This document shows, piece after piece, positions 13,918 to 27,369 of a stretch of 64,000 nucleotides of DNA. The notes below the pieces were generated by a model. It saw only the letters and a list, made by a program, of their open reading frames with translations. It was not told the origin of the DNA and did no database searches. The position numbers and the translations under genes were made by a program. This DNA is from Felis catus (taxonomy: Eukaryota). The stretch spans positions 73,224,001 through 73,288,000 of the forward strand of contig NC_058368.1 of the NCBI RefSeq assembly GCF_018350175.1, in the 5' to 3' direction. Within the stretch, counting starts at the first letter, position 1. Each line of letters opens with the position of its first letter.

Positions 13918-14869
13918 TTGTCATAAAAGCTGTGCATGCAGGATAAATTAGTTATGCTTTGTCTGCCTTTGTAGTCTGTGAAATCTTTGAGAGTATAATC
14001 CATACTTTATACATCTTTTTATCTCCAGAGTTTAGCATGATGTCAATGCCAATGCACGTACTCAAAAATGTTTCCGTAGCAAACTGATTAGTGAGTGAAT
14101 AAATGAATGAATGAATGAATGAACGAATGAGTCATTCATTTAATATTTTCTTAGCTATCACTTGGGAGAGAAGGTGGGATAATGTAGAGGAGGAGGACTC
14201 CCAGGAAAGCACCATGTTGCCACCCACAAACACGGTTACTATTTGCAGAGAAATGGATGGAAATGGCCAAGAGATGAGATCCAGAAACGCATTTCATTTT
14301 GCAAGCTGGTTCTGACTCGATGCATTCAGCCTTATCTCACTAAGGGCATCCTCAAGACCCCCTGGAATAATCCTGCTTACATTTTCACAAACTACACCAG
14401 AAGCATGCATGCCCGGAAATTTACATTCTTCCCTTGCACCCCACCAATAGTTTACACTTGAAAATTTGATCAAGACACCTGTGAGAGTCAGCAGTGCCAC
14501 TCACAAAGCATTTCCAGTTCTTCCCATTTTCTGAGCACCTGATTATGTGACTTGCTTTAGACAATTATGGGCATGAGTTGTAGTCAGAACCTTTAAATAA
14601 CTGACACAACTCTTTGCCCTCTGGCACAGTGACCTGCGATGTTGCATATAGTGCCCGAGACCTGGCATAGACATGATGCAGGACAGAGCTCCCAACCAAC
14701 CCATGGTGGACACATAGGTGAAAAATAAACCTTATCTTTTTTAAGCTGCTGATATTTTGCAATTATTTGAGGATAGCACAACTTCAACTCTCTTGATGAA
14801 TACCATACTAAGGTAAATGATAGATATTTTACAAGTAAAAAGCTGGATTTTTTTTTCCTCTGGATAGGT

Positions 14870-15085
14870 TGACATTTCTGAGTCTGATACCCCTTACTGG
14901 AGTCAAATCCAAGTTTCACTAGTTACTAGCTGGCTGACCTGGGATAAGTCACTTAACACTCTGTGCCTAAGTCCACAAAAATAGTAGCTAACTTCTAGGC
15001 TTATCATAAGAATTAAACGAGTTTAATGACTATAGCACTTTGAGGAGTGCCTTGCACAGCATGAGTGATATATATGTGAAAGTGA
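14870..15085 (+). mobile_element. MIR remnant
   Basis: 'ttactagctggctgacctgggataagtcacttaacactctgtgcct' core. Confidence 0.7.
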
Positions 15086-16566
15086 TGATTATATTTTGTA
15101 TTATTGGCCTAGACATTCCCCTGAAGCTTCACCATTCCGATTCATTTCAGAACTATGTAGTCAAAGACCATATCTCAGGACAGAGCCCTGTAAATGGCCT
15201 GGCAATTCAGAGAGACAGGTAACAGAAGTATAAAAGCAAACTAGCAAACAAACAACAATAACAATACAACAAAAACAATGCTTGGGAGGCACAGAGAGAT
15301 GGCTTGAGAATTCACCAAGTAGTGACACTAGCCTTACAAATATGATAAGCAAGAAGCGTACAGTTTGTGGCATGTTAGACTCACACAGTTCAACTCTGAA
15401 CAAAATGTCTTAAGAATTATTTAACATATTGAACTTAACATTTCATACTCCCTTGGCAGTCTAGGCTTTTCTACGGCTAAGGCATTAATGAATACCTCTT
15501 TGTAGGGGAAGAGAATGAAGTAAATGGAGCAGTAAACGGTCATATCATAGCTTCTGGGTGTCTGAAAGTTGCAGAACAATATGTCAACACTGAGATATGA
15601 GGGACTCTGTAGAGCTTTGCACAGGACTATCAGTCTGCATAAGAAGTACCCAAACTCCTGAACTTCACATTCTTTTTCCGTGGGGATGACCTCACAATAA
15701 GACATTCGGAGGGACAGGAAGGGAAGAGTATACCCAACTACATTCATCAGAAATGGAGGATTGAGTTCATAAGTGGAATGAGAATTAACAATGAATTCAT
15801 AACCATTTATTTGGAAGCATTCTTGTATTACTCACTGCCTTTGAAAGCTAAGTAGCCTTACTAGTTTAGACCACCAACAGCTACTCTAGAAAAAGTCATT
15901 GTGAAATTGGGATCTCTAACAATTCCAACTGGTGTTATCAACTCTTATCAGTATTTAAAAACTCCTAATATCAATCATATATATGCTCATGATTAAGACT
16001 TTCCGTGTGAGCAAGACAAATTGTTCCTTTACTTTGAGTTGAAATTATTATAAGGATAGATGGTAACAGAGTGGCCCCAAGGCTTTAGACTGAGAAAGCT
16101 CTGGTTTCAGAACCCAGTTCCACAATTCTGTGTGACTTTGGGCAAGTTATATAACTTTTGTCTTCGCTTGTTAAATGGGTGCATTTGTACCTACCTAATT
16201 AAGGTTTTTGAAAAGATGAAAAGAAGTAACTATAGGTAATTCACTTATGATGACATAGTAGCACATTTTAGAACCTGGGGGGGAAATAATAATAAGGGAT
16301 CCTGGGTGGTAAAAATACTGGGAACCATTCAGTTAATTAAGGGGTATCCATCTGTACTGTGTGTAGCCTTGCACACAGAGTACTTGTAGCTGCCTCAAGA
16401 ATTCTAGAGTCTTGACATTGAGAATCTGGGCCATATCTATGCCAGGCCAGTGCCCCCCAAGAAAGCTGTGATTTTATCTGCTTTATATATGCATGCAATG
16501 CATGTGGTTTATAGGATTTCACTGAATATCAGCAAAAGAGTTCTGCTGCTATTGAAAATCGTTTGA

Positions 16567-16790
16567 GGGGCACCTGGGTGGCTCAGTCGGTTAAGCACCT
16601 GACTCTTGCTTTCAGCTCAGGTCATGATCTCGTGGCTCATGGGTCAGAGCCCCGCATCACAGTCTGCACTGACATCGTGGAGACTACTTTGGATTCTCTC
16701 TCCTTCTCTCTGCACCTCCCTGCTGTCCCTTTCTCTCTCTTTCTCTCTCTCCCAAAGTAAATAAATAAGAATTAAAAACATTTTTTTAAG
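16567..16790 (+). mobile_element. SINEC-type SINE
   Basis: ggggcacctgggtggctcagtcggttaag head, CT tract and A tail. Confidence 0.92.
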
Positions 16791-17434
16791 TGTGAAAGCT
16801 ATTCATTCAGAGAAGGTAAAAAGTGTATCTGATATAACTGAGTTTTTCATCTAATGATGTCACTTTAGCCTGGCATCACTCCATCCCTTTCTTAATCTCC
16901 AGGTGGAAATCATTATTTGGGGATGCTGAAATCTTGCATTAGAAGTCAAAAAACATGTTTATACCATGACAAAAAGGTAATTTTATTAATTCAGTATCAC
17001 ATTTGCCTTTCCTCAAAGCCTTGTCACCATCCATTATTGAGTTCCCAACCTATTCCACTGAAGTTAATCAAATGACAGTTCAATCCTGGCCATAATATGG
17101 TGATGGAGGAACAAAGAGGAAGCCTTTGCCACTGACATTTCTGTAACAAAGAAGAATTATCAGCATGTGTATAAGGAACCTGATTCATTCTCAGCAAATC
17201 ATTCTATACATCAATACTGAGGTCTTGAGCCGAAACCACATACTTTTATTTTCTCACTGTTCATCCATTCAAGCCATACATCAGTCTTCACCAAGAATGA
17301 GCCCAGATTTACCCCAAAGGAGTGGCGAATAGAGACACTGATTGGCTATGGTCTCTAGAACTGGAGCTTTACCAACAAAGTACACACAAGACTGTCCAGG
17401 AAACAACATCTGTTCTCCTGGCGTAGTTGATGCT

Positions 17435-17483
17435 GTTTTGTTTTGTTTTGTTTTGTTTTGTTTTGTTTTGTTTTGTTTTGTTT
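17435..17483. repeat. (GTTTT)n microsatellite
   Basis: Seen directly. Confidence 0.95.
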
Positions 17484-17524
17484 CTGACCCTTGCTGACTT
17501 CCTGTGACTTAAAAACTCTTATGA

Positions 17525-17750
17525 GGGGCGCCTGGGTGGCTCAGTCGGTTAAGCGTCCAACGTCGGCTCAGGTCATGATCTCGCGGTTCGTGAGTTCAAG
17601 CCCCGCGTCAGGCTCTGTGCCGATGGCTCAGAGCCTGGAGCCTGTTTCAGATTCTGTGTCTCCCTCTCTCTCTGACCCTCCCCCGTTCATGCTCTGTCTC
17701 TCTCTGTCTCAAAAATAAATAAAGGTTAAAAAAAATTAAAAAAAAAAAAA
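17525..17750 (+). mobile_element. Young SINEC_Fc-type SINE
   Basis: CpG-rich with long A tail; TSD aaaaactcttatgag. Confidence 0.95.
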
Positions 17751-18729
17751 ACTCTTATGAGAAGTTCCCACACTCAACAACAATTGTAATACCCACTGCT
17801 CTTTTAAGTGTCAGGATCCAACCCCAACCTTGGCTTCAGAATCCACAAGCCTAAGCATTACTCCTTACTGAGGCAAGTGCCATTTTATCGGGAAAAGGGA
17901 AAAAACAAGAAATTTAGTTATAAGCCACAGGCCTCTGACCTGCCTAAACAAAAGGATTGTCACATTGTCCAGGCAACCCCAGATGAACCATACACGGGGA
18001 TTTAGGGCCCTGTGTCAGAGTAAAACGAGGGCTTTTTCCCAAACAAGGCACTCTGCATGTATTTCAGAGAAAAGGAAGCTCAAAGAAAACGTTCAAAGGA
18101 ACCTCAAAAGGAAGAGCAACTCATCGAGGACAAAAATGCATTCCTTTGCCTCCTAGCCAAGTGCATCATGAACTCATCCCCTTCATTCTCTAGAAAGATC
18201 CTGAGGTACAGGACACAAAAGGCCGCAGCATGGCCAAGGATAGCCCAGGAGAGAGTAGCGTCTGAAACAAAAAAGCCTCAGCCAGGGCAGAACCAGCTTA
18301 AAAATAATAAAACATAAAAGACTTGGACTTCTTTCCCCGGGGAAGATTCTCTGCTGTAGGAGGAGATGTAGAAGACAGGACAGAATGTGCGTGAGTCCCG
18401 TCACCAGCATGTTGGAATCCAGTCTTCGAAATTAACAGATGGCCTCACACAAAAGCCCTTGAACGTGTGTTTGAAGTACACTTGTGGAGGTCTGGCAAAT
18501 AAAATGTTGTGTGCTCACTGACAACTTTATATGTGGCAACCTGGGCTTTGAAAGTTACTTGCTAAAATGAAAGGGAGTTAAGGAAAGTAGTGAAACACTT
18601 TGTAAGGATCAGTCTCTTAGTAGAAAGGGAGACAAGCAGAAGTGAACTGGGGTGTCTTCAAATAAAGAAGGTGCTTGACTTGTGGAAACCCAAGATTTTC
18701 AGGGCTGGGCCAGGAGAAGAAACCCTACA

Positions 18730-18947
18730 TTTTTTTTTTGTAATGTTTATTTATTTTTGAGAGAGAGACAGAGTGAGAGCAAGGGAGGAGCAGAGAGAGA
18801 GGGAAACATAGAATCCGAAGCAGGCTCCAGGCTCTGAGCTGTGAGCACAGAGCCGGATGCGGGGCTCGAACCCATGAACAGTGAGATCATGATCTGAGCC
18901 AAAGTCAAGAGTCAGACGCTTAACCGACTGAACCACCCAGACGCCCC
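18730..18947 (-). mobile_element. SINEC-type SINE
   Basis: Reverse copy; TSD gaaacccta. Confidence 0.93.
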
Positions 18948-19392
18948 GAAACCCTATATTTCTAATCATATTATCTTACTTCCGGGAAAGACTATGGTAG
19001 TTGCTGTAATTTATGCCTGGAATTTTCCGGAGAAGACTTTCTGGTTTCTTCCTAAATGTGTCATCATGCCTGTCAATGTCTAAGTCACCTGGGGGCTCGG
19101 AGGTTTTACCTTTCTCTATACAGCTGGTTGCATACATTTCTACATTAAACGGTTTTTTTCTTTGTTTCCCGAAGTATAAACTCAGCCTCTGAAGTACACT
19201 CAGGAGATGGTTGTCAATGTAAATCAGAATTGTTGACGGTATAAACGATAGTGTGAGGCTTTTAAAAACCTTAGATGAAATGGCAGACGTTGTTTGACAT
19301 AAACTTCACCAGGCACAGAATTCTGTTGCTCAGCAAGAGGGGGAAAGCATTCAGCTAACACAACATATCCACTATCTTTATTCCTTATGCAG

Positions 19393-19586
19393 TTTATTTA
19401 TTAATTTTTAAATGTTCATTTCTGAGGGGGGGGCACTGGAGGGGCAGGGGGCAGGGTGACAGAGGATCTGAAACGGGCTGTGCACTGACAGTGGAAAGCC
19501 CAATGCAAGGCTCGAACTCACAAACCATGAGATCATGACCTGCACCAAAGTTGGATGTTTAACTGACTAAGCCACCCAGGTGCCCC
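19393..19586 (-). mobile_element. SINEC-type SINE (diverged)
   Basis: Ends 'gccacccaggtgcccc'; TSD atgcagtt. Confidence 0.85.
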
Positions 19587-20404
19587 ATGCAGTTCAGATG
19601 TCTATGGAGGCGACTTGGCTTTTTGAGATTTTGACCACATCATTCCTCCAGAGGAAGCGGGGGTCATATTCTCATAATCATGTTTGCGGCTGCTTTTACT
19701 GGAGTTCCCATCTTACCTGAACTTGCCCTTTGGGGCCGTTCTCTTATCCCTGTGCTGATGCACATATGACACTGAGCCCCTCTTTCCTTTCTCCCAAACG
19801 ATCCACGGGATGCTTTGCAGATGGAGTAGAGTTGGCTAAAGATCAGAGTGTAAAACAAGTACTTACAGTGCAGGAATGCAATTGACTTCACATTGGAAAT
19901 TAGACATCTCTGTCACCAGAGTTGCCTTCCTTTGCCTGGGGGTTATTCAACAGCTCCTTTCTCCATGGGCACAGCCTCCTATCATGCTGTGGCGGCCCAC
20001 CCTTCTCTCTACTTCTCACCCCGTGCTTCCCCAATCTTCCTTTTCTGCTCCGGTTCTCCTAATTTCTGTGCTATCTGCTCCTCTTACTTGGAAATTCAAA
20101 TGGAGTCATTCTTCACCCACCACGAAACTCTGGGCCTACTTTTGCACATCCACCATGCTATTAATGGTCTTGCTTATAGAAAGGGTTTTCTGAACTGGAC
20201 TTTCCCAACTAGCAATGTAGAGGAATTGGCCAGGGCTTTGAAATTTTAGTCTTTTATTTCTACCTCTTTCCTGCCTGTCTCTACAAAAGGCAAAAAACAG
20301 CAGAGAAATGAGTTTTCCCTCTGAAATGAATCATCCCTCCTCGCCCCTATCTCTAACAGCAGTTATAATTGGTCAGTTTTGGTTTAGAATTACTTTTTCC
20401 CCTG

Positions 20405-20599
20405 ACAGCTGGGTGGTTCAGTCAGTTAAGCCTCCGGCTTCACTCAGGTCATGATCTCACTGCTAGTGAGTTCAAGCCCAGCGTGGGGCTCTGTGCTGAC
20501 AGCTCAGAGCCTGGAGCCTGCTTTGGATTCTGTCTCCCTCTTTCTCTGCCCCTCCCCTGCTCGTGCTCCATTTCTCTCTCTCTCTCTCCCTCTCCCTCC

Positions 20600-20649
<50 letters not shown>

Positions 20650-20685
20650 TCTCTCTCTCAAAAATAAACTTTAAGAAAAATGTAG
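20405..20685 (+). mobile_element. SINEC-type SINE with expanded (CT)n
   Basis: Head, body, long CT tract and aataaa. Confidence 0.9.
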
Positions 20686-20834
20686 AATAACATTTTTCCC
20701 TCATTATATTGAAACTAAAACTGAAACAAACAAACAAAAGGCAGAATGAGGGGTACAAATAAGTTTATCCAACTTAAGCCATTTGCTAATATATCTCACA
20801 TGGTTGTACAGCATCTCATTTTCCTAAAGTTGTA

Positions 20835-21060
20835 CTGGGTTATGGTGTCCAGCTGTCCAAGAGGACAGTCACTAGCCACATGTGGCCATTTTAGTTCAAA
20901 TGCTAAGTAATTAAATAAAATTAAAAATTCACTTTCTCGGCCACTAGCCACATTTCAAGTGTTCAATAGCTACATGCAGCTAGTGACCACTCTATCAGAT
21001 GGTATAAAATTACAGAACATTTCCACCAATACAGAAATTTCTAATGGATGGTGTTATTGT
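20835..21060. mobile_element. MER3-like hAT-Charlie fossil
   Basis: 'cactagccacatgtggcca...cactagccacatttcaagtgttcaatagctacatg'. Confidence 0.75.
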
Positions 21061-21206
21061 AGGTGAAAAAAAAAAAAAACATATTCCACATGTTCAGTAA
21101 CCTATTCCACAGTTTAGTAACACATACTAACCTGCATTTAATCTGGTGCCAAAGGTATTGAAGAAACCACCGTCAAGGAAATCCAAATTTAAACCATGAG
21201 GTTAAA

Positions 21207-21405
21207 GGGGCACCTGGGTGGCTCAATCAGTTGAGCATCTGACTTTTGATTTCAACTCAGGCCATGATCCTGGGGTCATGGGATCGAGACCCCTGCCGGG
21301 CTCCATGCTGAGTGTGGAGCTCCCTTCCCCCAGCATGTGCCTGTGCTCTCTCTCCCTCTCTCTCTCTCTCTCAAAATAAATAAATAAACATGAAAAAAAC
21401 AAATA
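21207..21405 (+). mobile_element. Older SINEC-type SINE
   Basis: Head and tail; flanking repeat taaaccatgag. Confidence 0.9.
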
Positions 21406-22034
21406 AACCATGAGAATAAAGGCTTCCCTGAGACATGAAATATCTTCGAATTTTGGAATGTTCACCAGCAAAATCTGATTTCTTCACTGCTTCAGAACGT
21501 TTCAGAGGAATGCCCACTAATGACTTTGTTAGCAGACATAATTATGCTTTTTACAGTTGAGGGCAGTGCATGTAAACTCCATCACAGTGATCAAGGACTT
21601 ACATAATGAAAGAGATCAGACATTGACTCCTTAGTTCACCTCTTTATCTGAGCACAGATAAAATGTGGCAATCTCACCCATTCTTTAGTTGGTGTAATGT
21701 AGATTACAAAGTAGCACATCAGTGCTAGATTTTCCTCCTCTGCTCAAAGTAATTCCAATGAGGTAATCAAGAGAAAAATGTTAACCGGTCTTCAGAGAAA
21801 TCTTAGTTTGTTATACTTTATTAATGGATTTTAATGCAGGGACCTTCCTACTAATGAAAAAAAAGCCACGCATCAAAAGAAAAAGTGTAATTAATTAAAA
21901 CGTATTTATAATAATGCCTCCACACACATACACTGCAGTTTACATACATTACCTCATTTAAATTCTTGACAATCTCCTCGAATAAGTATTATAATTTCAT
22001 TTTACACATGAAGGCATTGGAGAGATTGGATCAT

Positions 22035-22061
22035 TTTGTTTGTTTGTTTGTTTGTTTTATT

Positions 22062-22104
<43 letters not shown>

Positions 22105-22398
22105 TTTTGATGGGCATTGAGGAGGGTACCTGTTGGGATGAGCACTGGGTGTTGTATGGGAACCAATCTGACAGTAAATTATATTTAATATAAAAAAATA
22201 TTTTGAAAGAAAAAAAGGGCATGAGAGAGGCAGGGGCAGAGAGAGAATCCCAAGCAGGCTCAGCACAGTCAGCACGAAGCCCAACATGGGGCTCTATCTC
22301 ATAAACCCCAACATGGAGCTCTATCTCATGAACCATGAGATCATAACTTGAGCTGAAACCAAGAGTCCTAGGCTTAACCAACTTAGTCCCCCGGGGCG
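22035..22398 (-). mobile_element. SINEC-type SINE whose tail is interrupted by a + strand L1 3' tip (about 22110-22200)
   Basis: (TTTG/TTTA)n tail at 22035-22108; L1 motif 'gggcattgaggagggtacctgttgggatgagcactggg'; SINE body at 22201-22398. Confidence 0.8.
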
Positions 22399-23611
22399 TG
22401 TTCATTGAGGTCTAAGACCAACTGATGCTAGCCAACAAGGCAAGGAAAGCATTCACTTCAAACCTGCTGCTAAAGAGAGACAGAGGATTCCTTGAGCCCT
22501 AGGCTCACAGTAATTGCACATTTGACACTGGCATCCATGGATGTTAAACTGCACCACATCATTCATTCCCAATCTCATTGTCAATAGAAACAACACCCTT
22601 CACTCAACAGATATGCCTTAGGCTCTACCACATGCTGGACCTCTGCTGGGCACTGCACTAGGCTTATGCTAGGGTGTGATCCCTGCTCTCACAGACTTGG
22701 TAGACTACTGGCCACTTAGACTAGGTGTTCTCATGATGTGATGCTTTGAGAAGACATTTAATTTAGAAGTCAATGAAAGCTTAATATTGGCTGAGGTCTA
22801 TTGAATTTCACGGATTTAAAAATCTACCTAACCACCTCACACCCATTAGGATGGCTGCTACTGAAAACACAGAAAATAATAAGAGTTGACAAGGGTGGGA
22901 ATGTAAAATGGTGCTAACACTATGGAAAACAATATGGTTGTTCCTCAGAAACTAATAATAGAACTATTACTTGATCTAGCAACCTCACTTCTGGGTGCAT
23001 ACAGAAAGAGTTTTGGAACTAATTTATATTTTCAAATGCATACTTCCTTTTAGTTCTTTTTATTACTTATTTTTTCCTGAATTGCATTGGAGTAAGAAAA
23101 CATATTCTGTATAACACTTCTTAAGTTATATTGAGACTTAGTCTGCAGCATAGTATGTAGCTCCTTTTCAAAATGTGCTGTGTTTGAAAAAATGTGCATT
23201 CTCTAATTATTGAGCACAAACCTCTATATATGTCCATTTAATTAAGACTGTTCATTGATTGCATTATTTAAATATTCTATAGCCCTAGTAGCTTTTTTGC
23301 TTCGTTTATCAATCTCCATGGAAAGGATCTAAAAATATTCCATGAAAACATGTGTTTTGTGCATTTCTTGGTTCCACTAATCTCCACTTTATATGTTTTT
23401 AAGCTGTATTATGGACATAGTTTGGGACTGTTCTATTTTCTTGGTGAATTGAAGATGTTATCATTGTATGGGGCACCTCTTTATTCCTTTAACGCCTGTT
23501 TCATTTTATTTGTTTTTAATTAGTATTGGCCTAATACATCTTTTTCTCTTTTTATTTTTCAAACTTTGTCCTTGTATTTGAAGTGTAATTTCTGAAAATA
23601 ACATATAAGTA

Positions 23612-23824
23612 AATTTATTTTATTTTATTTTATTTTTGGAGACAGCACGTGCGTGCACGCATGAGCAGGGGAGGGGCAGAGGGGAAGAGAGAGAGAATCT
23701 TAAGTAGGCTCCATGCTCAGTGCAGTGCTCACTGACATGGGGTTCAGTCTCACAATGGTGAGATCATGACCTGAGCTGAAATCAAGAGTCAGATGCTTAA
23801 CTGACTGAGCCACCCATGCTCCCC
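23612..23824 (-). mobile_element. SINEC-type SINE inside old L1 sequence
   Basis: TSD taagtaaattta. Confidence 0.9.
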
Positions 23825-23984
23825 TAAGTAAATTTAGTTTTAAATTTTGCGTGACACTCTTTGCCTCTTCAACAGGGTTTCAACAAACGTAAAATGGCTT
23901 CACCAAAATAAATTGCTCTGAAATTTTAATCTCCTGAGAGAGAACTACAAGGATTCCCTAAATCCTTCTCACTCTTTGTTCTAA

Positions 23985-24325
23985 ATCTTCACTGTCCAAT
24001 ATGGCAGTCTCTAGCCACATGGGGCTTCATGAGATTTGACATGAGACTAGTTCAAATGAAGAAGTACTGTTAAGTGTATAACACACACTAGATTTCAAAG
24101 ACGTAGTCCAAAAAAGTAAAATAAAATATCTCATTAGCATGATTATGCTGATTACACATTGTAGCAACATTTCTTATATGTTTGGCTAAATAAAATATAT
24201 TATTAAAATTAAATTCATCTGTTTCTCTCTACTTTGCTAATCTGGCTACTGGAAAGATTAAAATTATTATGTGCCCTACACTCACAGCTCACAATGTTTT
24301 CCTATTAGCAGCCAGTGTTCTAGAC
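23985..24325. mobile_element. MER33-like hAT-Charlie fossil
   Basis: 'ctgtccaatatggcagtctctagccacatg...aaaatatctcatta...tattaaaattaaattcatctgtttc'. Confidence 0.75.
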
Positions 24326-24494
24326 ATTCCTGACAACCAGCTGCATTTTCACCCTTGGGTTCTAGACAATAACTGTGTTATTATTATATAAATCCCTCCC
24401 TTTTACTTTAATGTATCTCAAGTTGTTGTTTGTTAGTTGCTATCCAAAGAGCCATAACTAACACCCACCAAAAATACTTTTTTAGGAGGTCCTT

Positions 24495-24866
24495 TGTTAG
24501 GGACTGAATTGTGTCCTAAAGTTCATATGTTGAAACCCTAACCTCAATGTGATCGCACTTGGAGGGCAGTGCCGTTAAGATGCAATTAGGTCATGACAGT
24601 GAAGCCCTTGTGATGGGATTAGTGCCCTCAGAAAAAGAGACATCAGAAGGACAGAGACAGAGGGACAGAGAGAGCTCCCTACCTTGTGAAGACACAGCAA
24701 GAAGGCAGTCATCTGTAAGCCAGGAAGAGAGCTCTCATCAGGAAAGGAATCTGCCAGCACCTTGATCTTGGGCGTCCCAGCCTAGAAGTCTGAGGAATAA
24801 ATCCCTGTTGTTTAAGCTACCCCATCTATGGTATTTTGTTATAGCAGCCCAAAGGGGCTAAGACAT
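24495..24866 (+). mobile_element. MLT1A-type solo LTR
   Basis: 'tgttagggactgaattgtgtcc...gccagcaccttgatcttgg...tatggtattttgttatagcagccc...ctaagaca'. Confidence 0.85.
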
Positions 24867-26143
24867 GTCATTACTGATTGACGTCAAATCTCTTACTGAT
24901 TCTGAGGTGTGAGTTTTCAAGAAACAACTGTATCTTACAGATAAAAGTAAATCACATTTCAATTTCTAAATAACATTTTCTTGGAGCATGAAGGAAAAAA
25001 GTTTTGAAGTGGATCCATTTGCAAATGACTACTAATCTAAATTTCTCACCCCGTGAGTGTTCCAAAGAAACGAGGTGAGAAATAAACTCTGTGGTTCTGG
25101 GAACAGATACTTGATAAATCCTAGACCAAACTCACTTTCCTGGAGATTCACAATGGGCATGATCACATTAAAGATTTTTCACTGTCCTGAAGTAAAGAAA
25201 TCAGATAACCTTGGTTGAATTCCCAACGTTTCTGAAACTCATCTGGCCACCGAAACACCTTCTTATTTCCTGGTAATAATAACAAAATCTCAAATAAACT
25301 TGAGAATTGTTGCCTTAACCTTTTAAAATATTTTTAAAAATTTAAAAAAATTTTAAACTCGTCAATTTTCCTCAATTTTTCAATAATTAATATCAGATTA
25401 TTGAGCAAAAATATTCAACGGCTGACACACACTTTCATTATTTTGTTGGCCCAAATTGTCAGTAAGTCATTTAATCATATCAATGGTTATTCAAAAGGTT
25501 GGTAGTTAAAGCAATGAAAAAAGTGAAGTGCTATCCCTCATAAAAGAAAATAGGGATAATAACTCACTATTAGCATCGGATGAAAGTTGTTTTCACCAGT
25601 AGTGATGTATATTAGAAAATCCATCTGCCCTCTCTTTCTTCATATGATAAGTGACAGACTTTTCTATAACAGCTGGCAAAAGTTAGGGATAGGAAAAACT
25701 CACAGAAGTAGGATATATATAAAACCATCACTTTTTGAATTTTAGTCTTCATCAATGTAGTTTAATAAATGAAAGTTTTTAAAGATATGCCTATATCTAA
25801 TGGTTAAAAGTAGGGTTCCAGTTTGCCTATTTTATTTCTTAATTTCTCATGCATCAGTGTGTGACATATCTGCAAGAAATTTAAAAATCACATATAATTA
25901 AGACATGACCCACATTTCTATGTTCAATTGCTAATGTTTCCCCTTATTTTTTCCCATTTCCTCTTTTTAATATTTGTTGCTATTTATAGAGCATTTTTGA
26001 TGGATGTCCCTAATTTGACACTAATTCCAGTGTGCGGTTAAGATTTGTTATATTTATCTGTGTTCAATAGGAAAATTTTAGAATGCTAGAAAATTTAATA
26101 TTTTTAATTAAGCATTACCCTTTTTAATTTAAAAATCTTGGTA

Positions 26144-26355
26144 GGGGCGCCTGGGTGGCTCAGTCGGTTGAGCCTCCGACTTCGGCTCAGGTCATGATCT
26201 CACGGTTCATGGGTTCGAGCCCCGCGTCGGGCTCTGTGCTGACAGCTCAGGGCCTGGAGCCTGCTTCAGATTCTGTGTCTCCCTCTGTCTCTGCTCCTCC
26301 CCTGCTCACACTCTGTCTCTCTCTCAAAAATAAATAAAGATTAAAAAATTTTTTT
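26144..26355 (+). mobile_element. SINEC_Fc-type SINE
   Basis: Full length, CpG-rich. Confidence 0.95.
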
Positions 26356-26678
26356 AATCTTGTTAGGTTAATCTGGTAAATGCTAAATTCTTTAGCATAT
26401 ATAGGCATACTTATGAAATAATAAGACTAGATACCAAGTTAGATCTAATAACCCTACTGAGAGTTTTACCACCTCATCCTCAGTAATTCCTTTCTCTAGT
26501 ATCACAATTAGGAATGACAGTTGCCATGTACAAAGAGCTGTACTCAGTTTATCTCCATTAATCTACAAAAGCACACTATGGGTAGCCTTAATCATTTCCA
26601 CTCAGGTAGCAAAACTGACATAATTGACAATTTGTCAGTGAGACACAGAGAGGGGCAAAGTCGGGACTGTTTGCTGTA

Positions 26679-26889
26679 CTTTTTTTTTTTAATGTTTATT
26701 TATTTTTGAGAGAGAGAGAGAATGAAAATAGGGGAGGGGCAGAGAAAGAGGGAAACACAGAATCCAAACCAGGCTCCAGGCTCCCAGCTGTCAACACAGA
26801 GCCCAACGTGGGGTTTGAACTCACAAGCAGTGAGATCATGACCTGAGCCAAAGTCAGGCCCTCAACCCACTGAGCCACCCAGGTGCCCC
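26679..26889 (-). mobile_element. SINEC-type SINE
   Basis: Full-length reverse copy. Confidence 0.93.
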
Positions 26890-27092
26890 AAGGACGTTGC
26901 AGTTTTATCTTCTCTTTCTCACCTTTAAAACATGTATTATCTCTGTCTGGCCTTGTACTGTGAACTCTAGTTGACTCAACCAAACACTATGAGGCCTATG
27001 TTCTACTTAACAACATATTTTTTCTATCATATAAGTGTATAATTGTGAAGCCAAAATCCAGGAGATGAGGAAAATTCAAAGTGATAAGACCA

Positions 27093-27242
27093 CTGAGAAC
27101 AAACGGAGGGTTGATGGGGGGTGGGAGGGAGGAGAGGGTGGGTGATGGGTATTGAGGAGGGCACCTTTTGGGATGAGCACTGGGTGTTGTATGGAAACCA
27201 ATTTGTCAATAAATTTCATATGAAAAAAAAAAAAAAAAAAAA
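27093..27242 (+). mobile_element. Very young 150-bp 5'-truncated felid L1 3' end
   Basis: Pure poly(A) of about 20 nt; perfect 16-bp TSD caaagtgataagacca at 27077-27092 and 27243-27258. Confidence 0.93.
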
Positions 27243-27369
27243 CAAAGTGATAAGACCAGCATTTGTACCACGCTCCTTTAGAGGCATCTGACAACTCTGG
27301 AGGTTGTAGATGAGAGTCTCAGAATTGAGCAGAAATCTCAAGAGACTCAAAAGCCAAAAGTTTCACCAG

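Noticed and set aside
18057..18317. Charged 86-aa ORF with a possible 'tttcag' acceptor
   Set aside because: No recognisable homology and no convincing neighbouring exons or polypyrimidine tract.
13007..20249. 100-120-aa ORFs at 13007-13366, 15421-15747 and 19876-20249
   Set aside because: No recognisable domain; lengths are compatible with chance; one starts inside a MER fossil.
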